The notes beneath the pieces are model-generated. The model was not told where the DNA came from. It ran no database searches and saw only the letters and a program-made list of their open reading frames with translations. A stretch of 64,000 nt of DNA from contig CM075991.1 of assembly GCA_038087875.1 (NCBI GenBank), positions 7,256,001 through 7,320,000 of the forward strand, in the 5' to 3' direction. Position numbers and translations under genes: made by a program. Shown piece by piece: positions 12,226 to 25,591 of the stretch (position 1 is the first letter of the stretch; each line of letters starts with the position of its first letter). This stretch comes from Malacoraja senta. Lineage: Eukaryota.

Positions 12226-12929
12226 TCCACAGAGCACTCTTTTTGTTGGTGCATGAGCTTTCAGTCCCTGTCTGTGTACTGGTAGAAGCAGCATCGAAGG
12301 ATGGCCAGACTAGCTGACATGAGGATGAGAAGATGGAGTGATATAGACAACATCCATATTTAATTATAACAGTGAAAACATTAAAAAAATCAACCTGAAA
12401 TCTAGGGCTAAATAAATAATTTGTACCATTTGGCAATTTCAAAGTATTAACACCCCACATGGGTACAGGGGACATGGTCATGCTCAAATAAGGTTTTACT
12501 GTAATCAAAAGTCCTATCTTATTTCCACGGTACTTTCTTGAGATTGATACATTGCATCGGCAGTTTAAGCACAGTTTGCATTTGATTCGATTCAGTACAG
12601 TGGAGTAGTAGAACTAATTTCTCTTCAAGTTGCCAATAGTAAGTAGTTATTTTGAATTACTGATATTTTCAGCATATCTTAATAGCCCATGCAGAGTTCA
12701 AAATTAAAATTTTAGGCCTTGAGGACAATTAATTGTAACAATAAAGCTAGCAGCAAATCTAATTTTAAATTTCCAAATTGTCCAAACTATTTATATATCC
12801 CTAGATTTACAGCTTGATTTTTTTTCACATACTTTCACTGTTATAATTTAATATGGATATTATCTCTGCTGTGCAGAGAGATTGGGCACTAAACTCATCC
12901 CACCTGTGACACGCAAGGTTAAAAACTCT

Positions 12930-13235
12930 GAAGATAGACACAAAATGCTGGAGTAACTCAGCAGGACCGGCAGCAGCTCTGGTTAGAAGGAACGCGGGAC
13001 ATTTCAGGTCGAGACCCTTCTTCAGACTGAGAGTCAGGGGAGAAGGAGACACAGAGATATGGAAGGGAAAGGTGTGAAAACGAGACATCAAAGGGGTGAA
13101 ATATAAGGAAAATGTAGAATGGATCATTGTTGGCCTGGGGAAGCTGACAATGAAGCATACAAGATAAAATGTATCAGTGGGCAGTCAGTGGTCGGAGAAC
13201 TAGAATGGGGAAAGGATGGAGAGAGAGGGAAAGCT
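12930..13235 (-). mobile_element. Longer Penelope-like 3' fragment including hammerhead-like core
   Basis: Same repeat plus ~210 bp upstream pyrimidine-rich sequence, resembling 32528-32897. Confidence 0.7.
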
Positions 13236-14586
13236 TTTGTTTAAACTCTGAAATCAATATGTAAAGTAGTTCTGCTACAACCCAAATTTGCACAGCTCTG
13301 AACCTTTCCTACCCATATACCTACCCATTACTGTACCTGTCTTAACCTTTCTTTATATGTTTTTTCCATAACGTGAGGTTTGTTAAGATTGTAGTTATTG
13401 CGTTGTAGCAGAACCACCTGTATTGAAAAATACAAGAGACTTGATCACAGTTTTGCAGGTATTCTCTTTCAAATATCTATAGACTTCCCATAATAGACAC
13501 AAAATGCTGGAGTAATGCAGGCAGCAGCTCTGGATAGAAGGAATGGGTGATGTTTCGGGTTGAGACCCTTCAGACTGGCAGCATCTGCGGTTCCTTCCTA
13601 TTTTTTTTTTCCATTTTCCATCTCTACCGACACTGAGGTCACCATTTAACCTAAATGGTTCATCTTTGGATGTGGGTGGAACTGAGTGCATGGTGGAAGC
13701 ACCAGTCACACAGAGAGAAGAGAGAGAGAGAGAGGTGTAGATTGCACACACTTCACTAGAGGTTGGGATTGAATCTGGATCCCGAAGATGTGAGACAGCA
13801 GCACTAACTGCTTCACTGCTGTTGTTCAACCCAGCACTGGATTGTCAGGAAACGACTCTAAAATGTCTTCACATTCCAAATTTCCATTCTTTTATTAATC
13901 AAGCGCATCGGTTTAGTATGATCATAATTGTTCACAAAAACTGCATATTTTTCTGGTCAAATACAGAAAAGATCTGTGATCTTCACTAATCCTCGAATTT
14001 TGATCATCCCCAAATTTAATCTCCATTGCCCATTGTGAAACGAACATTGTCTCGTGCCCTGAGAAACAGCGTTTGTGCTGCCCAGTCATGAAAAAGACCA
14101 CACATGAATACAATCAAGCGGTCCACAAGGCAAAGATAAGGGATAAAGGGAACAACATTTAGTGCAAAAGATATAACGTTGAAGTCCAATAAAGTCCGAT
14201 TTAAAAAAAAAGCTCAGAGGTCTCCAATGAGGTAGATAGGGGGTCAGAACTGCACTCGTGCTGACGAGAGGGCTGCTCAGTTGCCTGATTACAGCAGGGA
14301 GAAACTGTCCTGAATCAGAATTCTTTGTTCTATATGTGCAGGCAGAGGCGAGTAATAATTTGCACCGACATTGTGGGCTGAAGGGTCTGCTCCGGTGCAG
14401 TGTTGGTCTAAGTTCCAGCTCGAACCTATTCTATCTCTCTCTTTCCTCCTCATATATTCTACTTAAAAACTATCTCTTTGACCAGCCTTCAACCATCAGA
14501 TGGATACAAAAAGCTGGAGTTACTCAGGGGTCAGACAGCATCTCTGGAGAAAAGGGATAGTTGACGTTTCGGGACGAGACCTTTCC

Positions 14587-14693
14587 ATGGGAAGGAGACC
14601 TCATTATTGTTTCTATGGGAAGGAGACCTCCTTATTATTTCTATGGGAAGGAGACCTCATTATTATTTCTATGGGAAGGAGACCTCATTATTA
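14587..14693. repeat. 28-bp minisatellite x3.8
   Basis: ATGGGAAGGAGACCTCATTATTATTTCT repeated. Confidence 0.92.
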
Positions 14694-15055
14694 AGGGTTT
14701 GGACACGCTAGAGGCAGGAAACATGTTCCCGATGTTGGGGGAGTCCAGAACCAGGGCCCACAGTTTAAGAATGAGGGGTAAGCCATTAGAACGGAGCAGG
14801 AACACGTTTTCTCACAGAGAGTTGTGAGTCTGTGGAATTCTCTGCTCAGAGGGCGGTGGGAGGCCATTTCTCTGGATACTTTCAAGAGAGAGCTAGATAG
14901 GGCTCTTAGAGAGTGGAGTCAGTGGATATGGGAGAAGGCAGGAACGGGGTACTGATTGTGGATGATCAGCCATGATCACAATGAATGGCAATGCTGGCTC
15001 GAAGGGCCGAATGGCCTACTCCTGCACCTATTGTCTATTGTCTATTGTCTATTGT
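14690..15055 (+). mobile_element. CR1 LINE 3' end
   Basis: IIKGLDTLEAGNMFPMLGESRTR.HSL; (CTATTGT)n tail. Confidence 0.85.
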
Positions 15056-15705
15056 CACCCAGGATGACCTCTCCTCCCGTCTCCACCAGTCCCCTCCTCT
15101 TACGACCACGTTTTTAACCCAAGCGTTCAAACATCAGCCCTGTTTCCTCCTTGTGTGACTCAAATTTATAATTTTGTTTGAAATGCAAAGAGCCTTGGCC
15201 TTTTCTTTGTTAAAGGTGCCACTTAAAGCTTGACAAAAACTCAAGTACTCCTCAGCACCTCTTGCAACTTACCTCTCCATCTATCTCCCTGCATGCTCGA
15301 GTGGACTTGCAGGGACTTAGTGCAAATATTGGAGCCCCCTGGGGCATTAGCAGCTACTCAAGAGGAGAGGTTTACCATTTGTACGCAGCCGTTTAATAAC
15401 CTGGAGTTCAATCTCTGATTCTTTCACGTCAAAATCAATCTATGAGTGGAGCTTTTAATACCTTCCCTGAGAAAGTTTCACGATTGGAAACATTAAATTT
15501 GACCTTCAAGAAGGATTTACAATTCTCTGACTTCATCTGTCCGTGTATAAAATGTTTTGTGACGAGCACTATATCACTCTTTAGTTAAATTTTTTTTTAA
15601 CTTGTTTCTAATCCGGATGCTCTAAACTTTGCACCATCACGATCCTGAGAATCACCATTGACCAGAAACCCAACTGGACTGGCTCATAATCCAAGCCCCA
15701 TAAGG

Positions 15706-15980
15706 GAGGCAGAGTGGCAGACTGTCTGCCTTACAGCACCCGAGACCGGTTTCGATCCCGACTCTGGGTGATGTCTGTATGGAGTTTGTACATTGTCCCT
15801 GTGACCGCGTGGGTTTTCTCCGCGATCTCCGTTTTCCCCACACTCCAAAGACGCAACAGGTTTGTAGATTAATTGGCTTGGTATAATTGTAAATTGTCCC
15901 CAGTGTGTAAGACAGTGTGTGGGATTGCTGGTCTGCGCAGACTCAGTGGCAGAAGGGTTCCGTGTCGTATCTTCAACTAA
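15706..15980 (+). mobile_element. V-SINE (HE1-like)
   Basis: GTTTCGATCC B-box-like, GGAGTTTGTAC V-domain-like. Confidence 0.75.
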
Positions 15981-17359
15981 AAAAAGTCCTGACCTGAAAT
16001 ATCGTTTGTCCATGTTCTCCAGAGATGCTGCCCTGACCTGCTGAGTTACTCCAGCACTATGCGTCGTGTTCTGCCCCATAAATACTGTGGCTTCTCCAGT
16101 CTAAAGAGGGGTCTCGACCCGAAACATCGCCCATTCCTTCTCCCCAGAGACACTGCCTCACCCGCTGAGTTACTCCAGCTTGTGTGTCTACTTCTCATAT
16201 CATTCTCCACCCTGGCTACAGAGGTAGTAGAGTATTGGGGTCGTGGAACAGTTGTGATTTTTTTTTTTTTTTTTAAGACGACGGAAGGAACTGAGTAATT
16301 ATAAGCAATTAAGTGGTCGACAAGTTATTGGAATAAATTTGAGGTGAGTATAAATCACTTTGAAACTCAAATTATCAAGGATTTGTCAGTGTGGGAGGAT
16401 TGTGCATAGCTATTGAATTTTTTTGGGGTAATTAGGCAATGTGTTTGATGTAATTTCCATGGATTTTTAGCAAGGTTTTATCCATGTCCATGTGGCACTC
16501 TGGTCAAAATATTAAGGCCATGAAATCCAAGGGGGATTATTAAATTTGATCCAAATTGACTCAAGCAAAGCATATAGTTGATCACAGTTTTTTTGTGAAT
16601 GGAAGATGGTTTTCAACGGGGCTGAGAATTCAGGCTTTTCTTTTTTTTTTCATTATGTATTAAATGAACTTAGTAGCTCAATTTAAATGTCAGGAAAATG
16701 GTAAATATTTTTTTTTTAGATGATATAAAGGTTGGTTGTGTAGCTGAGTGTGAAGCAATGCTTTACACTGCAGGGGAATATCCATGAACTGGTTGGTTGC
16801 GAAAATAATTAGAAACTGGATTTGGTGCAACGGCACAACATGGTACAAAGAGAATGGGAGGAGCAGTGTGGTGGATCCAAGGGACTCTGAAATGTCCTTA
16901 CGTGAAGCTGAGCAGGTAAATAAGTTGGATGAAAAGGCATTTGGAATGCTTTTCTTTTGTCACGAATTCAAATAGAAGAGTGGGATAATGATGCTGTCAC
17001 AACACTATGTAGGCCACAGATTGACTACTGTGTACACTACTGAGTGCTACATGATAGGATGTTTCAGATTGTGCTGGGGATTCATGAGGGTGTTGCCAAA
17101 ACTGGAAAATATGACTTATGAGGAAAGATTAAAGAAACTGTTTGCATTGACCCAGATGACCCAGAGAAGGCTGAGAGGAGACTTTATTGACGCGTATAAA
17201 ATTAAATAAATAGGAAACATAATAACATTGAAAAATAGGTGCAGGAGTAGGCCATTCGGCCCTTCGAGGCAGCACCGCCATTCAATATGATCATGGCTGT
17301 TCATCTAAAATCAGTATCCCGTTCCTGCATTTTTCCCATATCCCTTGATTCCTTTAGCC

Positions 17360-17730
17360 CAGGGGTGGGGAACCTGTGGCCTTAAGGCCATATGCGGCCT
17401 TCTAGGCCATTAAGTGCGGCCTTTTGAATTAATCCATATTTTGTAGAACAAATCCTTTTATTTTTATTATATGTTTTTGTTCGTTTTTTATTATTTTAAT
17501 TTTAATCTTAAAATGAACGTATTGAAAATACCAAAGAGTAAAAGAAGATTCAACAAAATAATCCTCCCCAACTGATGGCCACAATTAAAACATTAGTAAG
17601 TCATGAGGGCTATTTTAACAAAATAATGTACATTTTGAAGTATAACGAATTGCATTATCTTGGATGCGGCCTTATTAGATTACAGCTAACTTGATGCGGC
17701 ATTCCAACATGAAAAGGTTCCCCACCCCTG
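17360..17730. mobile_element. hAT-superfamily MITE
   Basis: Perfect 16-bp TIR CAGGGGTGGGGAACCT; perfect 8-bp TSD CTTTAGCC (17352-17359; 17731-17738); inserted in a CR1 3' end (17225-17820, minus). Confidence 0.95.
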
Positions 17731-18461
17731 CTTTAGCCCTAAGAGCGAAATCTAACTCTCTCTTGAAAATATCTGGTGAATTGGTCCCCACTGCCTTCTG
17801 TGGCAGAGAATTCCAGATTTGTCTGGTGGCTGATGGCATGGGGAGAGAGGAAACGGGGGGAGAAGAGAGCGGGGAAAGATAATGGGATAAAAGATGCCCG
17901 GGATCAGACCAGACGGGTACGTCTATTAGCAGGGCCTATTGTTAAAGGGCCTATTAGCAGAGGGGTCAAAAACCATGAGTTGTTGGTTCATCATAATTGC
18001 TAGAGGGTTAGAGGGGAGAAGAGGAATGATTTTTAAACTTAAAGGGTGGTAGGAGTCTGGAACATTGACTGAAGAGAAGAGGAAACACACAGTCAAAAAA
18101 GGGCTTGGATGCATAACTGATGAGCTATGATACAAGGAGCTGTTAACAAAATGTCAGATGGTGAGATCACACAAGGTAACAATTCGTCACAACGTGTTGG
18201 ACCAAATCGTATCATCTTACTCTGAAAGCTTGAAAGTGCGCACCACCAGACTGAGAGACATCTTCTGCCCCTCTATTATCAGGCTTTTGAATGGTCCTTC
18301 CATAAGCTAGTGTATCGTTTGATGCACCTCTACCCCATTGAGGACATTGGACTTTGCCTATGGAACTGATGTGCTACAATGCTGAGAACTATATTTTGTA
18401 CTTTGCATCTTCTCTTTTGCTCTATCTGTTGTACTTGAGTTTGAACTAATTGTATCTGTGT

Positions 18462-18685
18462 AAGACAATAGACAATAGACAATAGGTGCAGGAGTAGGCC
18501 ATTCGGCCCTTCGAGCCAGCACCGCCATTCAATGTGATCATGGCTGATCATCCCCAATCAGTACCCCGTTCCTGCCTTTTCCCCATATCCCCGGACTCCG
18601 CTATCTTTAAGAGCCCTATCCAGCTCTCTCTTGAAAGCATCCAGAGAACCTGCCTCCACCGCCCTCTGAGGCAGAGAATTCCACC
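18462..18685 (-). mobile_element. CR1 LINE 3' end
   Basis: (AGACAAT)n tail plus conserved CR1 3'UTR AGGTGCAGGAGTAGGCCATTCGGCCC. Confidence 0.85.
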
Positions 18686-19049
18686 TACTACCTAAGGTAG
18701 TAGGAAGGGTCTGAAGAAGGGTTTCGACCCAAAACGTTACCCATTCCTTCTATCCAGAGATGCTGCCTGTCCTGCTGAATTACTCCAGCATTTGGTGTTT
18801 ATCTTCTGTGTAAGGTATATCTGATATGTTTAGATTGCATGGAAAACAACTTTGGTACATGTGACAATAATAGATCTAAACCTAAGCGATATATCTTGTG
18901 AGGAGTTGCCGGTGGTATCGTTCAGTGCTAACTGGGATGATGCAAATGCAAGACAAAATGTAGGTTACTAACTGCAATGGATGTGGGGTAATGACTGAGG
19001 AGATAGCATGTCAGTCGTAAATACAGTCCTGCATATTTCTTACACTTTC

Positions 19050-19625
19050 ATTTAGAGATACAGAACGGAAACAGGCCCTTTGGCCTACTGAGTCGGCGCC
19101 GACCAGCGATCCCCGCACACTTACACAATCCTAGGGACACACTAGGGACAATTTACAATTTTTACCAAACCAATTAACCTACAAAGATACACAAAAATGC
19201 TGGAGAAACTCAGCGGGTGCAGCAGCATCTATGGAGCGAAGGAAATAGGCAACGTTTCGGGCCGAAACCCTTCTTCAGACTCAAAGGAAATAGGCAACGT
19301 TTCGGGCCGAAACCCTTCTTCAGGTTTCGGCCCGAAACGTTGCCTATTTCCTTCGCTCCATAGATGCTGCTGCACCCGCTGAGTTTCTCCAGCATTTTTG
19401 TGTACCTTCGATTTTCCAGCATCTGCAGTTCCTTCTTTAACAATTAACCTGCAAACCTGTACATCTTTGGAGTGTGGGAGGAAACCAGAGATTCCGGAGA
19501 AAACTCACTCAGGTCACGGAGAGAACGTACAAACTCCGTACAGCTAGCACCCGTAGTCAAGATCAAACCTGGGTCTCTGGTGCTGTAAAAGGCAGCAACT
19601 CTGCTGCTGTGCCACCGTGCCTCCC
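19050..19625 (-). mobile_element. V-SINE interrupted by Penelope-like insert
   Basis: SINE halves flank 19186-19440. Confidence 0.8.
19186..19440. mobile_element. Penelope-like mini-element: two tandem hammerhead cores plus inverted arm
   Basis: Cores on minus strand at 19251-19278 and 19296-19323; ~15-bp TSD CAATTAACCT(A/G)CAAA (19171-19185; 19441-19455). Confidence 0.8.
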
Positions 19626-21709
19626 TAGTCATTATATACTTGACTGGTTGGAATTCACTGAATGTGCACTGATCACATTTGATATAATATTCATGATTTT
19701 ACATATTCAGTCTTTCATTCTACTGGCATGATGTGATTACATTAGAGAGGTTGCAGAGGAGAGTTACTAAGATTATAAAGTTGTAGCCATGAGTTAAGAT
19801 TGGATGTGCTGGAGTTATGTTCTTTGGAACTAAGGAAGCTGAGTAAAGTCTAAATTGGAATATTTAAATCATGAATGGTCTGGGTGGAGTAAATAGGAAA
19901 GGTTTTTTGACCCTTACGAAACAGGTCAAAATCAGAGGCATTTGTTTAGTATTTAATGGAACTATTGTCATGAAGGTGAGAAGTTATTGTTTACCCAGAC
20001 GGGGTGACAGGGATCTGAACCTCCCTGCCTAAAAGGGTAGTTGAGATAGAGAAACCAATGTTACTTTTACTGAAGAAACGCCTGAAGAAGGATTCCATCC
20101 CGAAACATCACCTATTCCTTTTCTCCTGAGATGCTGCCTTACCCGCTGAGTTGCTCCAGCATTTTGCGTCTCTCCCATGTCGCATTTGTGAACTTGAGGA
20201 CTGTAACACTAAATGTAACACCGAGTGGTGGAGGTCGTTCTTTGGTTTGGCAGTTCTTCCTTGACCAGCATAGACACGTTAGACTGAATGGCCTCCTTAT
20301 ATACATTTTCTACGATTCTATGATCCTTTATTTGCAAGGGGAAGGTCCTGTAAAGTATTGGCCTACAATTAAAATTGTCCTTTTAAATTAAAGGGTAAAC
20401 CACTTGTACTTAATTGCTCATTTGTAGTGGTGTGGTTTAGACATTGTATTGTACTTTGCTTGTTGCTGGTGTTAATATTACATCCTGATTTTTTGCTGGA
20501 TCCATGCAGTGCTCACTGAAGCATTCAAGCAATAAAGCAGCATGTTAACCTCTGGGAGAAGTTAGACTTCTCGTGACAGCATCAGAAGTATTAACTATTA
20601 ATGTAACGGGCAACGCTGGCTTGGCATAACACAAAGGCTGGTAATAAACACGCCAGCACTACCTACCTCTCTACCACCACGCACTCCCTGCCACCCTTCC
20701 AAAGGGCAGCTTCAGTACGATGGTGGCTCTGGGCCACTATTAGGAATTGCTCAAAGAAATTTCATGGTCGATGCAAAATCGTGGATATCATGCTTGGCAG
20801 GTCAGGGTTAATCATTGGGAAAAAGTGATGAGATGCCAGTGGCTCGCTGCTTGCGAATTCCGAGTCCTGTTAGCAAGCACGATTTCTTGCTGGATTTATC
20901 CTTGCCCCAGATGAAATAGTGATATTATAATGAGTGGGTATGAAGAATGGCTCGGAATAAAACATAAAGTCACTTGTGTTTCTGCATTAGTATGTATTAG
21001 TGTACAACTTGCATTCCTTAAAATGATATGTTTACAGGCAGCAAAGGCACAGATTCACAGCTCTGCTTTTGCAACAGTCCAATAGTCTGAAGACAGGCTT
21101 GAATTATTTATTATTTAATTCCTAGGGAAAACCACTTGGATTCTTATCTTATTCTGTGCGGTGGAAATAATATTAGAAATTATATTGCTTGTTATGAAAC
21201 CATCTGTTTTTCAATTAGCATTTTTGGAAGGTAATTTGATTCTTAGAAAGCTACCTATTTCCACACGAGACCCAGATAGTAATTTGTAACTCAGAATTAA
21301 AACAAGGATTTAATTGACACGTTTTGCCCTTTTATTTATATAAATGGTTGATAATGAGCACTTTTCAAATCTCCTTTGAAGTCTTAATATGATAAGTGCA
21401 TTGTCTGATTTGGTTTTAAACTGTGCAGGGCATCGACTGATTCTACATTTAACTGTTTGAACCATTGCTCTAGAATTGTCCCTGTGCACCAACGTATAAT
21501 CTAGTATAATCAAGACACCTACAGGAGTGAAGAGGTTTCAAATAAAATCGCCCACCATGGGTGCTGTGGTTGACGGCTACCAATGCTGTTGATATTAGCA
21601 AAGGCAGTGGAACAGAGCTAGAATTGACCCACCCAGGTGAACTGATGGAGGAATGATGATGTTCTAGGAGAAAAACTTGTTTTTAATCCCACTGGCTGGT
21701 CCCCATTTT

Positions 21710-22052
21710 AGAGTCATAAAGTAATGCAGTGTGGCAACAGGCCCTTCGGTCCAACTTGCCCCGACAGATCAACATGTCCCATCTACACTAGTCCCACCTG
21801 CCTGCCTTTGGTCCGTATCCCTCTAAACCTGTCCTAATTGCTCCTGTCTAATTGCTCTTAAACGCTACGATAATCCCTGCCTCAACTATCTCCTCTGGCA
21901 GCTCGTTCCATACACCCACCACACTTTATATGAAAAAGTTATCCCTCAGATTCCAATAATATCTTTCCCCTTCACCTTAAACCTATGCCCTATGGTTCTC
22001 GATTCCCCTACTATGGGCAAGACACTCTGTGCGTTTACCCGATCTATTCCTC
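21710..22052 (-). mobile_element. CR1 LINE 3' end
   Basis: Reverse complement of the same subfamily as 11711-12225. Confidence 0.8.
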
Positions 22053-22200
22053 GCTTGGATTTCGGAAAGTAAAGTGTTATGCACAAAATATTAGACTGTC
22101 GTAATGATTGGTGGATGGAATTCATACTTGTTTTGTGTTACGGAATCTACGTATTTCCACCAAAGTATGTGCATCTTTTTCAATTCTGAGTGTCTATTTA

Positions 22201-22437
22201 AGGGCCTGTCCCACTTTCACGACCTAATTCACGACCTCTGCCGAGTTTGCCCTTGACTCATATTCGCAGCATGGTCGTCACAAGGTCGTAGGAGGTCGTA
22301 GGTAGTTCGTAGCAGGCCGTGATGCTAGTCGCAGGTACTCGTGGCATCAAGTAGGTCGGGCGTTTTTTCTAGCCTGATGAAAAATGTCCACGAGTAAAAA
22401 AGGCCGTGAATTAGGTCGTGAAAGTGGGACAGGCCCT
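22201..22437. mobile_element. PIF/Harbinger-type MITE
   Basis: TIR AGGGCCTGTCCCACTTTCACGACCTAATTCACG; flanks TTA/ATA. Confidence 0.88.
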
Positions 22438-23063
22438 ATACTTTTTAGTCCCTATTGCTGTGTTGGCTGCTGAAAGGAGAGGTGCTGAAAAAAATCTAGA
22501 TCCCCAATGAGTATTTTTTCACTTCAGTTTTATGCCACAGTATAATAAAGTAGGTCTGAACGCAGAAGACTCCTTGGCCAATTTGGCTCATTTTATCCTT
22601 GTGAACATTAATTCAATCCCCTTGCTGCAGAGTTTGTTTGTTTCTCAGGGATTTTAGATGCTCGGCTTCATTCATCATTCCAGCTGCTCGTCGCTACTTT
22701 AAGACATCATATCTAATTTAGTTTTGGAACCTTGAATTAGGTCGTCAACAGGGATATTATATAAAATGGCAGATTCAGGGTAAGAGCATAGGTTTCGGGG
22801 TCTGCCTTCCCACTGCAGTAGCCTTGGGTCAATGCAAAACAATCTCACCTTCCAATCCAAAGAAATTGGATCTTGAATCTTACAACCTACTTCTGATAGA
22901 TCTGAACAAAACTGCTAAACTTTTGTCAACAGAAACAAGTGGTGAACTTGCACTTATTTCTGCAGTTTACAACCCAGCATGGAAATTTATCCCTCTGAGC
23001 ATGGAAATCAATATTGATTTCTCTAACTTCGTAACCCTTGCATCCCTCCCCCACCCTAGTCAT

Positions 23064-23930
23064 TGTATCAAGAATGATCCTCGGAATGAATAGGTTAACA
23101 TGTGATAAGCGTTTGTCGGCACTGGGCCTATATTTACTTGAGTTTAGAAACATAGAAACATAGAAAATAGGTGCAGGAGTAGGCCATTCGGCCCTTCAAG
23201 CCTGCACTGCCATTCAATATGATCATGGCTGATCATCCAACTCAGTATCCTGTACCTGCTTTCTCTCCATACCCCCTGATCCCTTTAGCCACAAGGGCCA
23301 CATCTAACTCCCTCTTAAATATAGCCAATGAACTGGCCTCAACTACCTTCTGTGGCAGAGAATTCCAGAGATTCACCACTCTCTGTGTGAAAAATGTTTT
23401 CCTCATCTCGGTCCTAAAAGATTTCCCCCTTATCCTTAAACTGTGACCCCTTGTTCTGGACTTCCCCAAAATCGGGAACAATCTTCCTACATCTAGCCTG
23501 TCCAACCCCTTAAGAATTTTGTACGTTAAGAAGAATGAGGGGTGACCTCATTGAATCATACAGAATATTGGAAGGCTTGGATAGAGTGGATGTGGAGATG
23601 ATGTTTCCACTAGTGGCAGAATCTAGGACTAGAGGTCATAGCCTCATAATTAAAGGACGTTCTTTTAGGAAGGAGATGGGGAGGGATTTCTTTCGTCAGA
23701 GGGTGGTGAATCTGTGGAATTCTTTGCCACAGAAGGCTGTGGAGGCCAAGTCAGTGGGTATATTTAAAGCAGAGATAGATAGATTCTTGATTAGTACAGG
23801 TGTCAAAGGTTATGGGGAGAAGGCAAGAGAATGTGGTTAGGAGGGAGAGATAGATCAGCCATGATTCAATGGCGGAGTAGATTTGATGGGCCGAATGGTC
23901 TAATTCTGCTCCTATCGCTTATGACCTTAT
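23064..23930 (+). mobile_element. CR1 3' fragment interrupted by a younger antisense CR1 (23145-23527)
   Basis: ..GAGTTTAGAA | AGAAGAATGAGGGGTGACC continuity; ORFs 23535-23840(+) and 23242-23505(-) are both CR1 ORF2 C-termini. Confidence 0.85.
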
Positions 23931-24637
23931 GATCTTCAACCACACCACCAGCACCACAGACGCGTCGGTCCCTTTACTAGACTGCCATCTCTTCCTCCCA
24001 ACCTCTATGCCCAAGGAAACTGCTGCCGTGCTAGGGCATCTTCGCGTAATGCCAGCAAGGTGCCCCACCTCAGAAGAGGAGGACTGGGCAGCAAAGCTGT
24101 GATGCAATGCATCCAATGATGAAACAACTGATTGTGATACAGTGTTTCAGTGATAAGGTAGTCATAGCCCCACTGTATTAAAATCACACTAGCCCATTTT
24201 TCATTGTGCATTGGGATTTATATTTGCTTTCTTGTGTATCCATTCTGTCTTGTTCACCAGCTTCAATTTGTTAGCTCTTAAATTATATTAGAAGTATGAT
24301 AAAAAATAAATAAGCTAAATAATATTACACATGCACTTAATTCTGGTTGATTAACTGGACAGATATTTAATTGTCCACATCTGGTACCCTGAATAAATGG
24401 ATGGATGAGAAACCTGCCACATCAGTGTCCAAGCTGAGAGGAGCACTGAACACAAACCTTGATCAGATGTACTCAGTTCACTTGGACTGATAAATAGAAT
24501 TGGTGACACGTTTAAGGACATTAAGGTTAAAACAAAATCCCAATCCAGGATTGTTCAGTGCATCCATTGAGGTGGTATTTTATGTCCAGCACATATTCTG
24601 TGTTTTGGATGCTTATAACAGAGTAAATAGCGATTAG

Positions 24638-24845
24638 ACACAAAAAGTTGGAGTAACTCAGCGGGTCAGGCAGCATCTCTGGAGAAAATAAATAGGTGAT
24701 GTTTCTAGTCGAGACCCTTCTTCTCCTTTTGTCCCGAAATGTTACCTATTCCTTTTCTCCAGAGATGCTGCCTGTCCCGCTGAGTTACTCCAGCATTTTG
24801 TGTCTATCTTCGGTTTAAACCAGCATCTGCAGTTCCTTCCTACAC
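24638..24845. mobile_element. Penelope-like inverted-pair mini-element
   Basis: Inverted arms; perfect 13-bp TSD AAATAGCGATTAG (24625-24637; 24846-24858). Confidence 0.82.
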
Positions 24846-25591
24846 AAATAGCGATTAGTTCCCACAGACACTGCTGTTCTTGTTTCCTTCATTGCACCCC
24901 TCCTTGTCCTCAGTTGCCTACTATGTTCTGTATGCCTGTATACCTACTATGTTCTGTTGTGCTCAAGCAAAGCAAGAATTTCATTGTCCTACCAGGGACA
25001 CATGACAATAAACTCACTTGACTTGACTTGACTTGACTCTGTTTACCAAGTTCCAAGCACAACTTGAGTTTGGTCTCTGCTCTCCCGATTTCGGTATCTC
25101 ATCCAGAAGAGGAATAAGCCACCGGGCTGCTTAGTGTTGTCCATCCCACGATGAGATTAGATCTGATCTTCATCTAAACTCTGCCTTGGCTCCGTCATCT
25201 TATACCACGATCAAAACATCAGAGATTAATAGCTTCAGCTAATGTGCATCAGCCTTTGTGGGAGAGATATCCATGCTTTTACCATCAATAACATAATTGA
25301 AACTTCCTCCAAAAGTTCTGATATGGAGATCGTACTTCTTTGTTCTAGACGCTTGCCCTAAAGGAACCAGTTTCTATCACCACTTTATCAAATCCTTTCA
25401 AAATCTTGACAGCTTCAATTAAACATAATGGCTTCTGTGGAATATGAAGCTAATTATGTAATCTTGCTTCATATCTGAACCTTGAAGCACTGGTAACGTT
25501 CACCAGAATGTCTACTTTATTCTTGCTAAAGAAAAAAAAGCTCTATTCGAATGGTGTGTCCAGAAGTGTACACAATATTGTTGATGTGCTT

